From the NCBI GenBank assembly GCA_002728255.1, contig PBWV01000044.1, positions 17,927-81,926 on the forward strand: a stretch of DNA of 64,000 bases. The letters are read 5' to 3'. The translations under genes and the position numbers were made by a program. Positions 49,644 to 61,495 of this stretch are shown here, in pieces. This stretch comes from Rhodospirillaceae bacterium (GTDB taxonomy: Bacteria; Pseudomonadota; Alphaproteobacteria; UBA7887). How positions within the stretch are numbered: the first letter of the stretch is position 1; every line of letters begins with the position of its first letter. Below the pieces are notes generated by a model. That model saw nothing but the letters and a program-made list of their open reading frames with translations. It was not told the DNA's origin and did no database searches.

Positions 49644-50297
49644 ATGGCCACAATCCATTGGACAGCCTCAAATACCGTAGTCGATTACTTGGAATCTTTA
49701 GATTTTATGGCCAAAATCGTAGATTCCATTATAGCTGGAACAGGCCCAGAGGTAGTCTGGCTCCTTGAGCATCCTGAACTATACACTAGAGGCACCAGCG
49801 CACAACCGGATGAGCTCAAATACCAGCCTAATGCGCCAATTTACACCGCTGGAAGGGGCGGACGCTATACTTACCATGGTCCCGGACAAAGGGTCATTTA
49901 CTTGATGATGGACCTTCGCAACCGCGGGCACGATATTAGAAAATATATATATGACCTAGAAACCTGGCTAATAAACTCCGTGGCGGAGTTTGGCATTGAA
50001 GGTCAACGAAGAGCGGGTCGGATTGGTGTATGGGTTGATCAGGGCAACAATGTTGAGGTAAAAATAGCAGCCATAGGAATTCGTATACGGAAATGGGTCA
50101 CATTTCACGGGATCTCTCTAAATATCTCACCAGATCTCACTATGTACGAGCCTATAATCCCCTGTGGCATAAGAGAACATGGGATCTCCTCGCTACACCA
50201 ACTCGGGATCCCCGCACTAATGAAAGATGTTGATGAAGCTCTTCTACGTAACTTTCAAAAAGTTTTTGGAAAAATTAGCGTAAATTCGGCTTTGTAA
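49644..50297 (+). CDS. lipB: Lipoyl(octanoyl) transferase.
   Basis: VWLLEHPELYTRGT ... KIAAIGIRIRKWVTFHGISLN ... PCGI conserved LipB blocks. Confidence 0.85.
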   Translation: MATIHWTASNTVVDYLESLDFMAKIVDSIIAGTGPEVVWLLEHPELYTRGTSAQPDELKYQPNAPIYTAGRGGRYTYHGPGQRVIYLMMDLRNRGHDIRKYIYDLETWLINSVAEFGIEGQRRAGRIGVWVDQGNNVEVKIAAIGIRIRKWVTFHGISLNISPDLTMYEPIIPCGIREHGISSLHQLGIPALMKDVDEALLRNFQKVFGKISVNSAL

Positions 50298-50313
50298 AGC
50301 ATTTTTAGTAACG

Positions 50314-52332
50314 CTATAGATCAGCCTCATTATCTCCGGTCGACGCTATCTCCAGTATTATTTGATCCACAGATAAGCTATCGCCAGGAGCAACGTGAAT
50401 AGATTCAACAATACCCTCGCTTTCAGCACACAAAAGATTTTCCATCTTCATAGCGTCAATTATGACTAAGCTATCCCCAATTCTCACCTTCTGGCCTTTT
50501 TCTACAAACAGCGAAATCACCTTGCCAGGCATAGGCGAAACTAAGCGGCCTCCATAGTTATCGCTCTCCTTTATTGGCATACGTCCCAGGAGTTCCGCAG
50601 CACGAATTGTATGAACCGAAGCATTTACCATTAGCCCTTGTCCCCACAACCTGTAGCCGTCTCTGCTCTTCTCGACCTGAAGGACTATTTCTCCTTCCGA
50701 CAACTCCCCCAAAAATACGTCCTGGCCAGGGCTCCAATCGGTCACTACCCTATCTGTTAGGCCATCGTCCCACTTAATCTCCACGCCACCCTCACTTAAG
50801 GTGGCCTCCAATGCCACTTCTTCTGAATCTATGATCACAACCCATTTCACTGACGGTATATATCTACCCCCATCTGTCCGCCCAGAAATCTTTGCTCGAC
50901 GGGTTAGTTCCAGCACCTCCATAGAAACAGCTGCAGAACAAAAACTTTTCTTCTCCTTGTCTTTTAAGGGACCGCCCTGAAATCCATTTGGATACACCCG
51001 TGATATTAAACTTGTACTGATATTTCCCGAACAAAACTCGTCGTGTTTCAAAATAGCACTGAGGAATGTGAGATTGTTGGCAACGCCTCGTATGCAAAAA
51101 TGATCGAGTGACTTGGATAGTATATCAATAGCTGCTCGGCGGTTGGAACCATGGCCTATGACCTTAGCAATCATTGGATCATAAAATATTGGCACCTCAT
51201 CACCCTCAACCACTCCTCCATCCACTCGACAGCCGGGAATTGATGGCTCCCTATACTTCTCCAAAATTCCGGTGGCAGGCAAAAAACCCTTGGTGGGGTC
51301 TTCCGCATATAAGCGAGCCTCCACCGCCCAACCTGAAATCAAAACATCTTTCTGGCCTATGGTAAGACTCTCACCTGCGGCGGAACGCAGCATTTGCTCC
51401 ACCAAATCTAATCCAGATACCATTTCAGTCACCGGATGTTCTACCTGGAGGCGCGTATTCATTTCAAGAAAGTAAAATTCCTTCTTTGGGCTCACCACAA
51501 ATTCAACTGTACCAACTGAATCATACTTAACCGCTCGAGCCAAGCTAATGGCTTGTTGGCCCATTGACGCTCGCATCTGAGTGTCCACAAACGAACTTGG
51601 GCACTCCTCAATAACCTTCTGATGACGCCGTTGGATGGAACACTCACGTTCATTTAAGTGCACAATATTCCCATGCTTGTCCGCCAGAATTTGGACTTCT
51701 ATATGCCGTGGTTCCTCAATGAACTTCTCTATTAGAATTCGATCATCGCCAAAGCTTGTCCGCGCCTCGCTTTGCGCCAGGGGGAGAGCTGTTTTAACGC
51801 TTTCCACGTCGGAGGCAACCCGCATACCCTTGCCTCCACCCCCTCGACTCGCCTTAATCATAACTGGGAACCCTATCTTTCTTGCAATGCTAACAGCATG
51901 ATCCAAATCACTTATCTCGCCCAAATAACCTGGGATAACGTTAACGCCCGCCTCCTTAGCCAGTTTCTTGGACCCAATTTTATCGCCCATCGCCATAATT
52001 GAATCAGGAGAAGGCCCTACAAAAACTAGTCCGGCATCACAAACCCGTTGCGCAAAGATACTATTCTCCGATAAGAACCCGTATCCGGGATGAACAGCAT
52101 CTGCTCCCGTTTTCTCTGCTGCTTCCAATATTTTTTCTATCAGCAAATAACTTTCTGACGACGGACCTCGACCCACACATAGACTTTCATCCGCCATATT
52201 GACGTGTTTCGAATCAACATCTACCTCAGAATATATCGCAACTGTTTTTATTCCTAACCGCTGAGCGGTTTTCATAATCCGACAGGCAATTTCACCTCTA
52301 TTTGCAACTAGAATTTTATCAAACAATGTCAT
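50314..52332 (-). CDS. pccA: Propionyl-CoA carboxylase alpha subunit (biotin carboxylase plus BCCP).
   Basis: N-terminal biotin carboxylase (ILVANRGEIACR) and C-terminal biotinyl domain (IDAMKMEN). Confidence 0.85.
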   Translation of the reverse strand: MTLFDKILVANRGEIACRIMKTAQRLGIKTVAIYSEVDVDSKHVNMADESLCVGRGPSSESYLLIEKILEAAEKTGADAVHPGYGFLSENSIFAQRVCDAGLVFVGPSPDSIMAMGDKIGSKKLAKEAGVNVIPGYLGEISDLDHAVSIARKIGFPVMIKASRGGGGKGMRVASDVESVKTALPLAQSEARTSFGDDRILIEKFIEEPRHIEVQILADKHGNIVHLNERECSIQRRHQKVIEECPSSFVDTQMRASMGQQAISLARAVKYDSVGTVEFVVSPKKEFYFLEMNTRLQVEHPVTEMVSGLDLVEQMLRSAAGESLTIGQKDVLISGWAVEARLYAEDPTKGFLPATGILEKYREPSIPGCRVDGGVVEGDEVPIFYDPMIAKVIGHGSNRRAAIDILSKSLDHFCIRGVANNLTFLSAILKHDEFCSGNISTSLISRVYPNGFQGGPLKDKEKKSFCSAAVSMEVLELTRRAKISGRTDGGRYIPSVKWVVIIDSEEVALEATLSEGGVEIKWDDGLTDRVVTDWSPGQDVFLGELSEGEIVLQVEKSRDGYRLWGQGLMVNASVHTIRAAELLGRMPIKESDNYGGRLVSPMPGKVISLFVEKGQKVRIGDSLVIIDAMKMENLLCAESEGIVESIHVAPGDSLSVDQIILEIASTGDNEADL

Positions 52333-52426
52333 CCCCTAGAGAAAAGTCATACGACCCTGAACCACGCCAATGATTAAATTATGAATAGGATTTTCTTCAG
52401 ACCGCCAGTTCTTGTAACTTCATTTA

Positions 52427-53959
52427 CTATAAAGGGATGTTGTCATGTTTTTTCCATGGATTCTCAAGATGTTTGGTTCTCAGCAACCTCAAGGACTTGC
52501 AAATTCTCGCACGCGTTTCCCTTGGCTGGATTATATCATCGACATAACCACGCTGCGCCGCCACGAAAGGATTCGTAAACTGCTCTCTGTACTCCTCCTC
52601 TTTCTTCGCGACATCCTCCTTACTTCCCAAAGAGCCCCGGAATATAATCTCAACAGCCCCCTTCGAACCCATGACCGCGATCTCGCCCATTGGCCATGAA
52701 TAATTAACATCACCTCTCAAATGTTTGGAGCTCATTACATCATAAGCCCCCCCGTAGGCCTTGCGGGTTATGACAGTCACCTTTGGAACAGTAGCCTCGG
52801 CAAACGCAAATAATAGCTTTGCACCATGTTTAATTATCCCACCAAACTCCTGGGATGTGCCAGGAAGAAAGCCTGGGACGTCAACAAAGGTAAGTATCGG
52901 GATATTGAAACAATCACAAAAACGAACAAACCGCGCTGCCTTCCTGGAACTGTCAATATCCAAACACCCAGCCAAAACCATTGGTTGATTGGCAACCACT
53001 CCCACTGTGTGCCCCTCAAAACGGCCAAAACCAATTACAATGTTAGCAGCATAATCAGGCTGCAACTCCAGAAAATCTCCTTCGTCCACCGTCTTACGAA
53101 TAAGCATTTTCATATCATATGGTTGGTTAGCATTTTCAGGAATTAATTTATCAAGTGAACACTCCAGCCGATCAACAGGATCATTGGTTGGCCAAGTTGG
53201 GACTCCTGAACGGTTTGATAGGGGTAGAAAGTCGAAAAACCTGCGAGACTCCAGGAGGGCCTCAACATCATTTGTGAAATGTTCATCCGCTACACCAGAT
53301 TTTCCAGTATGGGTTTGGGATCCCCCAAGTTCTTCATGAGTAACTTCCTCGTGGGTAACGGTTTTTACAACATCCGGGCCCGTCACAAACATGTAAGATG
53401 AGTCCTTAACCATAAATATAAAGTCCGTCATTGCAGGCGAATAAACTGCCCCGCCTGCACATGGTCCCATCACCAAGGAGATTTGTGGTATAACTCCTGA
53501 AGCAAGAACATTTCTCTGAAAAACCTCAGCATAACCTCCCAAAGATGCGACACCCTCCTGTATTCGGGCTCCACCGGAATCGTTAATACCCAGGATAGGA
53601 ATACCAACTTTCATTGCCTGATCCATAACCTTGCAAATTTTTTCGGCGTGAGCCTCACTGAGACTACCCCCAAATACAGTAAAATCTTGGCTAAATACAA
53701 ATAATGGTCTGCCATTGATAGTCCCATGGCCTGTAATAACACCGTCTCCTGGAATCTTACTTGATTCCATCCCAAACTCAGTCGCCCTATGCTCCACAAA
53801 GGCGTCATACTCCTCAAAAGAACCCGGATCCAATAAAACCTCTAATCTTTCACGAGCGGTAAGTTTTCCCTTTGCATGTTGAGCATCGACCCGAGCTGGA
53901 CCACCGCCTGCATGAGCAGCATGCCTCCTTCTTTCTAATTCTTTTGTAATTTCCTTCAT
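52427..53959 (-). CDS. pccB: Propionyl-CoA carboxylase beta subunit (carboxyltransferase).
   Basis: 510-aa carboxyltransferase with conserved AccD/PccB blocks, directly upstream of pccA. Confidence 0.85.
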   Translation of the reverse strand: MKEITKELERRRHAAHAGGGPARVDAQHAKGKLTARERLEVLLDPGSFEEYDAFVEHRATEFGMESSKIPGDGVITGHGTINGRPLFVFSQDFTVFGGSLSEAHAEKICKVMDQAMKVGIPILGINDSGGARIQEGVASLGGYAEVFQRNVLASGVIPQISLVMGPCAGGAVYSPAMTDFIFMVKDSSYMFVTGPDVVKTVTHEEVTHEELGGSQTHTGKSGVADEHFTNDVEALLESRRFFDFLPLSNRSGVPTWPTNDPVDRLECSLDKLIPENANQPYDMKMLIRKTVDEGDFLELQPDYAANIVIGFGRFEGHTVGVVANQPMVLAGCLDIDSSRKAARFVRFCDCFNIPILTFVDVPGFLPGTSQEFGGIIKHGAKLLFAFAEATVPKVTVITRKAYGGAYDVMSSKHLRGDVNYSWPMGEIAVMGSKGAVEIIFRGSLGSKEDVAKKEEEYREQFTNPFVAAQRGYVDDIIQPRETRARICKSLRLLRTKHLENPWKKHDNIPL

Positions 53960-54131
53960 TTCAGGATTTCCTACAAAATTCCTTTACCACGCCAAATTAC
54001 AATAGGTCGCTAACTTGATAAAATACAGATAACTTCAAAACCTAGACAACAAAAGATGGAGAATATAAAGTCACAGCGGATCTTGGTCATATCATTTCTC
54101 TCATGCAAATGGAGCCCCTTACCATAAGTCC

Positions 54132-55082
54132 TCAATTTGGCCCGGCAAACCCTAATCCCTTCAAACACATTTTCATGTGGCTAGGAAGCGGGGCCTCTAT
54201 ATGGAGTTCTCTCCCGCTATCTCTATGCAGCACTAATTTTCTTGCATGAAGTTGAAGATGTCCAGCCCATTTCATGTTAGCATATCTAGCACTAGAGTTG
54301 TACTTCCTATCTCCTATGATGGGAGCACCCAGATCAACACAATGGACCCTTAGTTGGTGCATGCGACCCGTCAAAGGATAAAGACCAAGAAGCGCCGCCT
54401 TAGCCGAACTCCTATCCAGAATCTCATACCTGGTCTTAGCCCAACGGCCTTCGTTTGGTCCCACAACCACACGCTCTACACCGCCTACATGTGTTTTCCC
54501 CAATAAGTTCTCTACCTGACCACTCGTATGTTGGGGAACCCCTTCCACAATTGCCCAATAAGTCTTCTCAACACGACTACTTTGAAACGCGGAAGTTAAC
54601 TCCCGTGCTGCAATTAGCGATTTTGCTAATAATAATACACCACTAGTATCTTTATCCAACCGGTGCACCAAACGGGGACGAGGACCTTCCCCTCTCACTA
54701 GGCTATGCGAAAGATTATCAACGTGGTAACCCTGTTTGGTTCCACCCTGTACGGCCAAACCTGCAGGCTTATTTAGCGCAATCATCGCGTCATCCTCAAA
54801 TAAGATCCTCGAACGTAAACCACGGGCTTTTTCTTCTAATTTTCTATCGTAAGAACCTTCTGATTTTGAGTGCTGGAATGTCAGTGGAGGAATCCTGATT
54901 AACTGTCCAGCCTCCAGTCGCAGACCACCCTTTGCCCGGGCCCCATCCACACGAACTTGTCCAGTTCGGAGTAATTTATGCACCAACCCATGGGTCAGTG
55001 TTGGAAAGCGCCTACACAACCATTTATCCAAGCGGGATTCACGTTCCTCTTCAGACACCTTGAGCATCAAAATTTTGGTCAT
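54132..55082 (-). CDS. RluA-family 23S rRNA pseudouridine synthase (RluC/RluD-like).
   Basis: S4 domain (RLDKWL...LVHKLLRTGQVRVDG) and HRLDKDTSGVLLLAK catalytic motif. Start set to avoid a long overlap with crcB. Confidence 0.75.
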   Translation of the reverse strand: MTKILMLKVSEEERESRLDKWLCRRFPTLTHGLVHKLLRTGQVRVDGARAKGGLRLEAGQLIRIPPLTFQHSKSEGSYDRKLEEKARGLRSRILFEDDAMIALNKPAGLAVQGGTKQGYHVDNLSHSLVRGEGPRPRLVHRLDKDTSGVLLLAKSLIAARELTSAFQSSRVEKTYWAIVEGVPQHTSGQVENLLGKTHVGGVERVVVGPNEGRWAKTRYEILDRSSAKAALLGLYPLTGRMHQLRVHCVDLGAPIIGDRKYNSSARYANMKWAGHLQLHARKLVLHRDSGRELHIEAPLPSHMKMCLKGLGFAGPN

Positions 55083-55459
55083 GCCACTATGGCCTTCACA
55101 ACCATAACCCCTCCGATCAATCCAAAAACTGAAATCAAGACCGATGCGCATATATAGAGGAGCGCGAAGGACCACTGCCCACGCTCGCATAACTCCACTA
55201 TATCAAGAGAAAAAGCAGAAAATGTGGTAAAAGCGCCCAGGAATCCGACTGTCATGAGTGTTTTAATTTCAGGTGTAACAAGAACGCTTTGGGCCGCTAA
55301 CTCAGTAATTGCGCCCAGAAAAAACGAACCAAGTACGTTTACCATCAGAATGGCCCAAGGAAACCCGCCACCTACTAATGGACCTAAGTAACTGGTCAAT
55401 AGATAGCGCCCTAAAGCACCCGCAGCCCCACCAATAGCAACAATTATAGCTACCTTCAT
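55079..55459 (-). CDS. crcB: Fluoride channel CrcB/Fluc.
   Basis: 126 aa, four TM segments, MKVAIIVAIGGAAGALGRY N-terminus. Confidence 0.8.
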   Translation of the reverse strand: MKVAIIVAIGGAAGALGRYLLTSYLGPLVGGGFPWAILMVNVLGSFFLGAITELAAQSVLVTPEIKTLMTVGFLGAFTTFSAFSLDIVELCERGQWSFALLYICASVLISVFGLIGGVMVVKAIVA

Positions 55460-55583
55460 CTACTCACCACTACAAACACGACATTCATCTCTTGCGGTCC
55501 AAAAAAGAGCAAAAATATATTGGCAAAGCACTTAATGTGTCTAAAAATTGCTATCGGAACACCAAACTTACCACGAAGATAAC

Positions 55584-56888
55584 TCAAGAACTCGAAGAAT
55601 CTCTTAAAGCCTCCCACTGTCGCAGTCTTTCTCCTATCTCACGTTCATAACCGTGAATGTTCGGACGATAAAATTGCTTCCTTTGCATCCCAGTGGGAAA
55701 ATAGCTCTGCCCAGAAAACGCTGATTCCGTGTTATGGTCATAAATGTAACCACGCGAGTAGCCTTGGTCTCGCATTAATTGCGTCGGAGCATTCAAAATA
55801 TGTTTTGGTGGGCGGAGAGAGCCACTATCCCTAGCAACCGTTTGCGCCTCACCAAAAGATACGTACACAGAATTTGACTTAGGCGCAGTGGCCAAAAAAA
55901 TAACACCCTGAGCCAAGGCTAACTCCCCTTCCGGAGAGCCAATAAATTCATACGCTTGTTTCGCCGCCAACGCCTGCAACAGGGCGTTTGGATCAGCGAG
56001 GCCAATATCCTCAGTAGCAAACCGAACTAATCTGCGAGCAATATATATCGGATCTTCGCCACCTTGCAGCATCCGAGCCAACCAATACAACGCCGCATCC
56101 ACGTCAGAACCCCGCAAGCTCTTGTGAAGAGCACTGATCAACCCATAATGCTCCTCCTGCGCTTTATCATAGAGCGGGGCTCTCTGAGAGAAAAGTGTTG
56201 CTATCTGCTCTCTATCAAAAATAGAACCATCGGCGCAATCAAAAACAATCTCTGCTAAATTGAGCAGAAACCGCCCATCCCCATCGGCCATAGCCTTCAA
56301 AGTATTACGGGCATCCACAGTAACAGGAAGCGCAGAACCCAAAGTTTGTTCACAAGAATCCAGTAATGCCTCTAGAGCATCACTATCCAGAGGATGAAGA
56401 ACCAGAACTTGGCACCGAGACAAAAGAGCAGGTATAAGTTCAAATGATGGATTTTGGGTAGTTGCTCCAATCAGCGTAATTGTTCCATCCTCAATATATG
56501 GGAGAAAGGCATCCTGCTGCGCTCTATTAAACCTATGAATTTCGTCAACAAACATCAACGTCTTCAATCCATCTCTTTGTCGCACCTTTGCATTCTCAAA
56601 AACCTTTCGGAGCTCCGCAACCCCAGAAAACACTGCTGATGTCGCACAGAATTCATAATTGGTGTGTCGAGCTAGTAAACGGGCCAAACTGGTCTTTCCA
56701 CATCCAGGCGGCCCCCATAACACCATGGAGACTAGCTTCCCAGAAGCCAGCATCCGACTAATTGGGCCTTCAACCCCCAGCAAATGATCCTGCCCTACCA
56801 CCCGGTTGATGGCCGCAGGTCGCATTTTGTCCGCAAGAGGACGGTCCAGTCCATCACCTGAGTCTAAGTTAAAAAGATCCTCTGTCAC
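55584..56888 (-). CDS. rarA: Replication-associated recombination protein A (AAA+ ATPase RarA/MgsA).
   Basis: Walker A GPPGCGKTSLA, Walker B, and a MgsA C-terminal domain. Confidence 0.85.
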   Translation of the reverse strand: MTEDLFNLDSGDGLDRPLADKMRPAAINRVVGQDHLLGVEGPISRMLASGKLVSMVLWGPPGCGKTSLARLLARHTNYEFCATSAVFSGVAELRKVFENAKVRQRDGLKTLMFVDEIHRFNRAQQDAFLPYIEDGTITLIGATTQNPSFELIPALLSRCQVLVLHPLDSDALEALLDSCEQTLGSALPVTVDARNTLKAMADGDGRFLLNLAEIVFDCADGSIFDREQIATLFSQRAPLYDKAQEEHYGLISALHKSLRGSDVDAALYWLARMLQGGEDPIYIARRLVRFATEDIGLADPNALLQALAAKQAYEFIGSPEGELALAQGVIFLATAPKSNSVYVSFGEAQTVARDSGSLRPPKHILNAPTQLMRDQGYSRGYIYDHNTESAFSGQSYFPTGMQRKQFYRPNIHGYEREIGERLRQWEALRDSSSS

Positions 56889-58393
56889 AATCTAACTACT
56901 ACGCTCATTAACTTACCACCTCGATCTATCTTAATTTCCCACTCTACAGGCTCTTGGTTCAATATTTTTAATAGTTGCTTGGTGGAAGTTATTTTCTCCC
57001 CTGCAAGCTCCAAAACAATATCTCCCACCCGAAGTCCAAGGCGAGCTGCATACCCAGATTCAACTCGCAGCACTACTACTCCAATTCGCGTCCACTCTAG
57101 CCCAAGTTCTTGCGCAAATCCTGGCGAAAGATTGCCAACAGTTGCCCCTGATAAAGGATTAGAGCCCTCCAGTACCATGACGTCTCGCGGTGGATCCTCC
57201 GGCGGCATAACTACCTGCATTGTTGTTTCGAAAATTTTCCCCTCCCTAAAAAATATGATCGGAATGTTGACACCTAAAGCGCTGGTAACCATCCGATAAC
57301 GTAGACCTTGGGGATTATCAATATCATGACCATCGATAGATAAAATCACATCACCAATCTTGAGTCCTGCCTCCCAGGCAGGGCTCAAGGCGTGCATAGC
57401 CTTTATAATCATTCCCCTTGGAGTAGGGAGACCTAAGGCTCTCCCGATTTCATAATCTACCGACTGGCCTAATATACCCGACCATGGACGGACCGCCTTG
57501 CCTCCCGCCACCAAACTATCAACAATTACCCTCACGAGATTGGCAGGGATAGCAAACCCGATACCAATAGAACCCCCGCTTCGAGAAAAAATGGCGGTAT
57601 TGACACCAATTAATTCGCTACTCAAATTAACCAAAGCACCGCCAGAGTTGCCAGGATTAATCGCTGCATCGGTCTGAATAAAGGACCGCCAATCAGATAG
57701 GCCCACAGCGCTTCGACCTAAGGCAGAAACTATGCCGCTCGTAACCGTCTGACCAACACCAAACGGATTCCCAATCGCTAAAACTATATCTCCGACCTCC
57801 AGACCATCCGAGTCTCCAAACTCAAGAAACGGCAGAGGCTCACCATCCGGGTCGATCAAAAGGACAGCTAGGTCAATTTTATCATCTGAGCCAACAATTT
57901 TAGCTTCAAACTCTCTCCGATCCGAAAGGACGACAATTATTTCATCACTGCCAGCAATAACGTGTTGGTTAGTAATTATGAGACCTTCCGACCCGATAAC
58001 CACACCTGATCCTAAAGAGCTCTCGATTCTTTCACGGGGAACTCCAAACGGCATCCCTTCGAAAAATCGTTCGAAAAATGGATCACTGAATAGTGATCTG
58101 CTGCTAGTTGAAACCCGCCGTCGCGTGTAAATATTAACGACGGCAGGGGCAACCTTTCCTACAACTGGAGCGTAAGATAGTTGTACGGCATGTCTATCGG
58201 AAGGTATGGAAGGTTCGGCCATCGTCGGCCAAGAAGCCCAAGTAACCCCTAGAATGAGGCATCCTAGAACCAACCATCTTCGGTGTGAGAACTCACAAAT
58301 GCCAGTATAGACTGAAAAAATTGAGAGCGCGGACTCTATCGAACCCGATAGATGCAGCCCAAATAAGAAACGCTTAGGCCGCCGCCTCAGCAT
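56885..58393 (-). CDS. DegP/HtrA-family periplasmic serine endoprotease with two PDZ domains.
   Basis: GNSGGALVN catalytic Ser motif and two PDZ modules. The 5' end is uncertain because the ORF runs into the rplQ 3' end. Confidence 0.8.
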   Translation of the reverse strand: MLRRRPKRFLFGLHLSGSIESALSIFSVYTGICEFSHRRWLVLGCLILGVTWASWPTMAEPSIPSDRHAVQLSYAPVVGKVAPAVVNIYTRRRVSTSSRSLFSDPFFERFFEGMPFGVPRERIESSLGSGVVIGSEGLIITNQHVIAGSDEIIVVLSDRREFEAKIVGSDDKIDLAVLLIDPDGEPLPFLEFGDSDGLEVGDIVLAIGNPFGVGQTVTSGIVSALGRSAVGLSDWRSFIQTDAAINPGNSGGALVNLSSELIGVNTAIFSRSGGSIGIGFAIPANLVRVIVDSLVAGGKAVRPWSGILGQSVDYEIGRALGLPTPRGMIIKAMHALSPAWEAGLKIGDVILSIDGHDIDNPQGLRYRMVTSALGVNIPIIFFREGKIFETTMQVVMPPEDPPRDVMVLEGSNPLSGATVGNLSPGFAQELGLEWTRIGVVVLRVESGYAARLGLRVGDIVLELAGEKITSTKQLLKILNQEPVEWEIKIDRGGKLMSVVVRL

Positions 58394-58811
58394 CCTCGTC
58401 GGGCCCCGCATCTTCATCTACCGGACCCGAATCCTTCCCCTTTGCAGATTCGTCCCTATCCACAAACTCTATCACTGCCATGGGAGCATTATCGCCAAAT
58501 CGGTTGCCCGTTTTGACCACCCGCACATAGCCGCCAGACCTATCTTCATACCGGTCTTTCAAGGAGGTGAATAATTTTTCCACTAAAGCAGTATCTCCGC
58601 CGAGTCTGGATAACGCCTGACGTCTAGAATGTAACCCTCCCTTTTTACCCAGGGTCACCAAGCGTTCAACCACACCACGCAAATCCTTAGCCTTTGGAAG
58701 GGTAGTCTCGATCTGTTCGTGCTTAACTAACGCAGCAGCCAGATTAATAAACATGGCCTTCCTATGACTGTGGGTACGATTAAGTTTTCTCCCACTTAGT
58801 CTATGACGCAT
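58374..58811 (-). CDS. rplQ: 50S ribosomal protein L17.
   Basis: [28 protein letters not shown]. Confidence 0.9.
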   Translation of the reverse strand: MRHRLSGRKLNRTHSHRKAMFINLAAALVKHEQIETTLPKAKDLRGVVERLVTLGKKGGLHSRRQALSRLGGDTALVEKLFTSLKDRYEDRSGGYVRVVKTGNRFGDNAPMAVIEFVDRDESAKGKDSGPVDEDAGPDEDAEAAA

Positions 58812-58837
58812 CTCTGAAGCCCCCTTCCCACAGGCGC

Positions 58838-59854
58838 CTAAAAAGGCTCCTCCAAACGTTTTGCCATTTCTTCAATATTTTCTGGCGGCCACTCCTCAAT
58901 TTGCATCCCCAAATGGAGGTTCATGCCATTCAGAACTTCCTTAATTTCGTTCAACGATTTCCGCCCGAAATTTGGCGTTCGAAGCATATCAGTCTCTGAT
59001 TTCTGAACGAGATCCCCTATATAGACGATGTTATCATTCTTAAGACAATTTGCCGAACGCACCGACAACTCAAGCTCATCCACCTTACGAAGCAGATGGG
59101 CATTAAAACTAGGTTCATCTTTCGCCTCCTGATCATCAGTCTTCGTCGGTTCCTCAAAATTGATGAATAACTCCAACTGGTCGGTCAAAATACGGGCCGC
59201 AAGAGCCACCGCATCTTCTGGTGAAATAGTTCCATCAGTCTCTAACGTCAGAGAAAGCTTATCATAGTCAGTGGCTTGTCCAACTCGCGTATTTTCCACT
59301 TTATAACTAACCTGGCGAACCGGGCTGTACACTGCATCAATCGGAATAAGACCTATAGGCGCCTCCTCCGCCGCATTTTGAGCAGCAGCAACATAACCTT
59401 TGCCACTTTCAACAACCATTTCCAAGTTTAAGGAAGCACCTTTATCGAGATTGCATATTACAAGGTCTTGGTCGATGATTTCTACATCATGGCCAGTCTC
59501 TATAGCACCCGCCTTAACGGCCCCCGGCCCACTAGCTGTCAACGAAATCCTTTTCGACCCTTCACCATGCATCCGCAATGATATGGCCTTCAAATTCAGG
59601 ACAACCTCGGTCACATCCTCAATAACCCCTGGTATCGACGAAAACTCATGCAAGACACCATCAATCTTAAGGCCTGTTATAGCTGAACCGCGCAGACTGG
59701 AGAGCAAAATTCGTCGTAACGCATTCCCGAGAGTTAACCCAAACCCTCTTTCCAATGGCTCAGCTACTACAGTACCAGTTCGCCCCACTGAGCCATTGAC
59801 CTGCACATCTAGTCTTGCAGGCTTTATGAGTTCTTGCCAATTTTTCTGAATCAC
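58838..59854 (-). CDS. rpoA: DNA-directed RNA polymerase alpha subunit.
   Basis: 338 aa with N-terminal assembly domain and alpha-CTD ([10 protein letters not shown]). Confidence 0.9.
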   Translation of the reverse strand: MIQKNWQELIKPARLDVQVNGSVGRTGTVVAEPLERGFGLTLGNALRRILLSSLRGSAITGLKIDGVLHEFSSIPGVIEDVTEVVLNLKAISLRMHGEGSKRISLTASGPGAVKAGAIETGHDVEIIDQDLVICNLDKGASLNLEMVVESGKGYVAAAQNAAEEAPIGLIPIDAVYSPVRQVSYKVENTRVGQATDYDKLSLTLETDGTISPEDAVALAARILTDQLELFINFEEPTKTDDQEAKDEPSFNAHLLRKVDELELSVRSANCLKNDNIVYIGDLVQKSETDMLRTPNFGRKSLNEIKEVLNGMNLHLGMQIEEWPPENIEEMAKRLEEPF

Positions 59855-59953
59855 CTAGTCCACCCCAATTATGTTTAAGGCAATGCACTTTCGCCCTAGT
59901 ATCCCTAAAAGCCCCAAAACAGGCTACCCTCAAAACACACCTTAAAGTTCTTC

Positions 59954-60346
59954 CTACACCCGCCTTCGTTTTGGCGGTCTACAGCCATTATGCGGGATCG
60001 GAGTAACATCTCTTATGGAAGTAATATTAAAACCCACCACTTGAAGAGCGCGCAGCGCCGATTCACGGCCAGAACCTGGCCCCTTCACTTCTACCTCCAA
60101 CGTCTTCATACCATGTTCAGCAGCCTTCTTTCCAGCGTCCTCCGCAGCCATCTGAGCGGCATATGGGGTCGACTTCCGAGATCCTTTGAACCCCAAAGAC
60201 CCCGCAGATGACCACGCTATCGCGTTCCCCTGCAAATCACTGATAGTGATAAGGGTGTTATTGAAAGTCGCGTTAACATGCGCCACCCCTGAAATAATGT
60301 TCTTTCTTTCTCGACGCTTCACGCGTCCACCTGCCTCATTTGCCAT
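59954..60346 (-). CDS. rpsK: 30S ribosomal protein S11.
   Basis: [30 protein letters not shown]. Confidence 0.9.
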   Translation of the reverse strand: MANEAGGRVKRRERKNIISGVAHVNATFNNTLITISDLQGNAIAWSSAGSLGFKGSRKSTPYAAQMAAEDAGKKAAEHGMKTLEVEVKGPGSGRESALRALQVVGFNITSIRDVTPIPHNGCRPPKRRRV

Positions 60347-60368
60347 ATAAAAACCTATTTATTACAAG

Positions 60369-60740
60369 CTATGCGCTCTTTTTCCCCGTCACCGGTCGGG
60401 CACGACCTTTTCGAGTTCTAGCGTTGGTGTGTGTTCTCTGGCCACGCACTGGCAACCCACGGCGATGTCGTAGCCCACGATAACAACCCAGATCCATTAG
60501 CCTCTTGATATTCATCGCAACATCGCGCCGAAGATCTCCTTCGACACGATACTCATTATCAATCACCTCTCGTATTCTGGTAACCTCAGCTTCCGCTAAT
60601 TCACTTACTCGATTACCCTCACCAACCCCCGCCTTCTGGCAGATTTCCTTGGCCTTGGTATCACCTAAGCCAAATATATAGGTCAGAGCGACAACCACTC
60701 TCTTATTCGTCGGTATGTTAACCCCGGCAATCCGCGCCAA
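60369..60740 (-). CDS. rpsM: 30S ribosomal protein S13, with a TTG start preceded by AGGAGG.
   Basis: (L)[25 protein letters not shown]. The ORF-track Met is 21 codons upstream of the canonical S13 N-terminus, whereas TTG at 60738-60740 is 7 nt downstream of AGGAGG. Confidence 0.85.
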   Translation of the reverse strand: MARIAGVNIPTNKRVVVALTYIFGLGDTKAKEICQKAGVGEGNRVSELAEAEVTRIREVIDNEYRVEGDLRRDVAMNIKRLMDLGCYRGLRHRRGLPVRGQRTHTNARTRKGRARPVTGKKSA

Positions 60741-60835
60741 TTTTCGGCCTCCTATGGGAAAGTTTTCACGCAACAGGGCCCAGCCGTTGGGCCGGGTCGC
60801 CAAGCCGGCGCATTATAAACAGATACAACGCCAGG

Positions 60836-61495
60836 TCAACGGCTTGCCTCTAGAGCCAAGACATCCCTTATCTGGCTCCTAACCTCTTGCATACCTAACT
60901 CGCCATTTACTGTGTCCAACAAATTCCGCTCCTTATAATAGGGCAACAGTGGTGCCGTTTGAGCGTGATAGTTGCTCAATCTATCCTGCACCGTTTCCAC
61001 ACTATCGTCTTTGCGTGTACTAAACTCTTTCCCCCCACAACTGTTGCACACACCCGCTATCAGAGGTGGCTTAAACTTCCGATGGTAACCCACCCCGCAT
61101 GCGGAACAAGAAAAACGGCCTGTTATCCGCTCTACCAGCAGCCCATCTGAAACCCTGATTTCGATAACACGCAAGCTATTGATTTTCTTCTCAGTTAAAA
61201 GTTCATCTAAGGCCGTGGCTTGTTTTAACGTTCTAGGAAACCCATCCAAAATAAACCCCACCGAACAATCATTCTCATCCAGGCGATCCGAAATAATTTG
61301 AATAACCACTTCATCAGGGACGAGAGCACCCGCATCCATAAGTTTCTTCGCCATCTCACCTGTTTTTGTTCTTGCTCGAACCGCGGCACGCAGCATGTCT
61401 CCAGTGGAAAGATGAGCCAATCCTAATTCCTCAACCAAAAATTCGGCCTGCGTACCTTTGCCGCTTCCAGGCGGTCCAAACAAAATTAAACTCAC
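60836..61495 (-). CDS. adk: Adenylate kinase (long form with a Cys4 zinc-binding lid).
   Basis: GPPGSGKGTQ P-loop; lid CSACG...CNSCGG. Confidence 0.9.
   Translation of the reverse strand: MSLILFGPPGSGKGTQAEFLVEELGLAHLSTGDMLRAAVRARTKTGEMAKKLMDAGALVPDEVVIQIISDRLDENDCSVGFILDGFPRTLKQATALDELLTEKKINSLRVIEIRVSDGLLVERITGRFSCSACGVGYHRKFKPPLIAGVCNSCGGKEFSTRKDDSVETVQDRLSNYHAQTAPLLPYYKERNLLDTVNGELGMQEVRSQIRDVLALEASR

Noticed and set aside
55460-55583. Looked for a fluoride (crcB-motif) riboswitch in the 124-nt leader upstream of crcB.
   Set aside because: The minus-strand leader lacks the conserved GGCGAUG...CUGAUGA...CCUAC elements, so crcB is probably expressed without a recognisable fluoride riboswitch.
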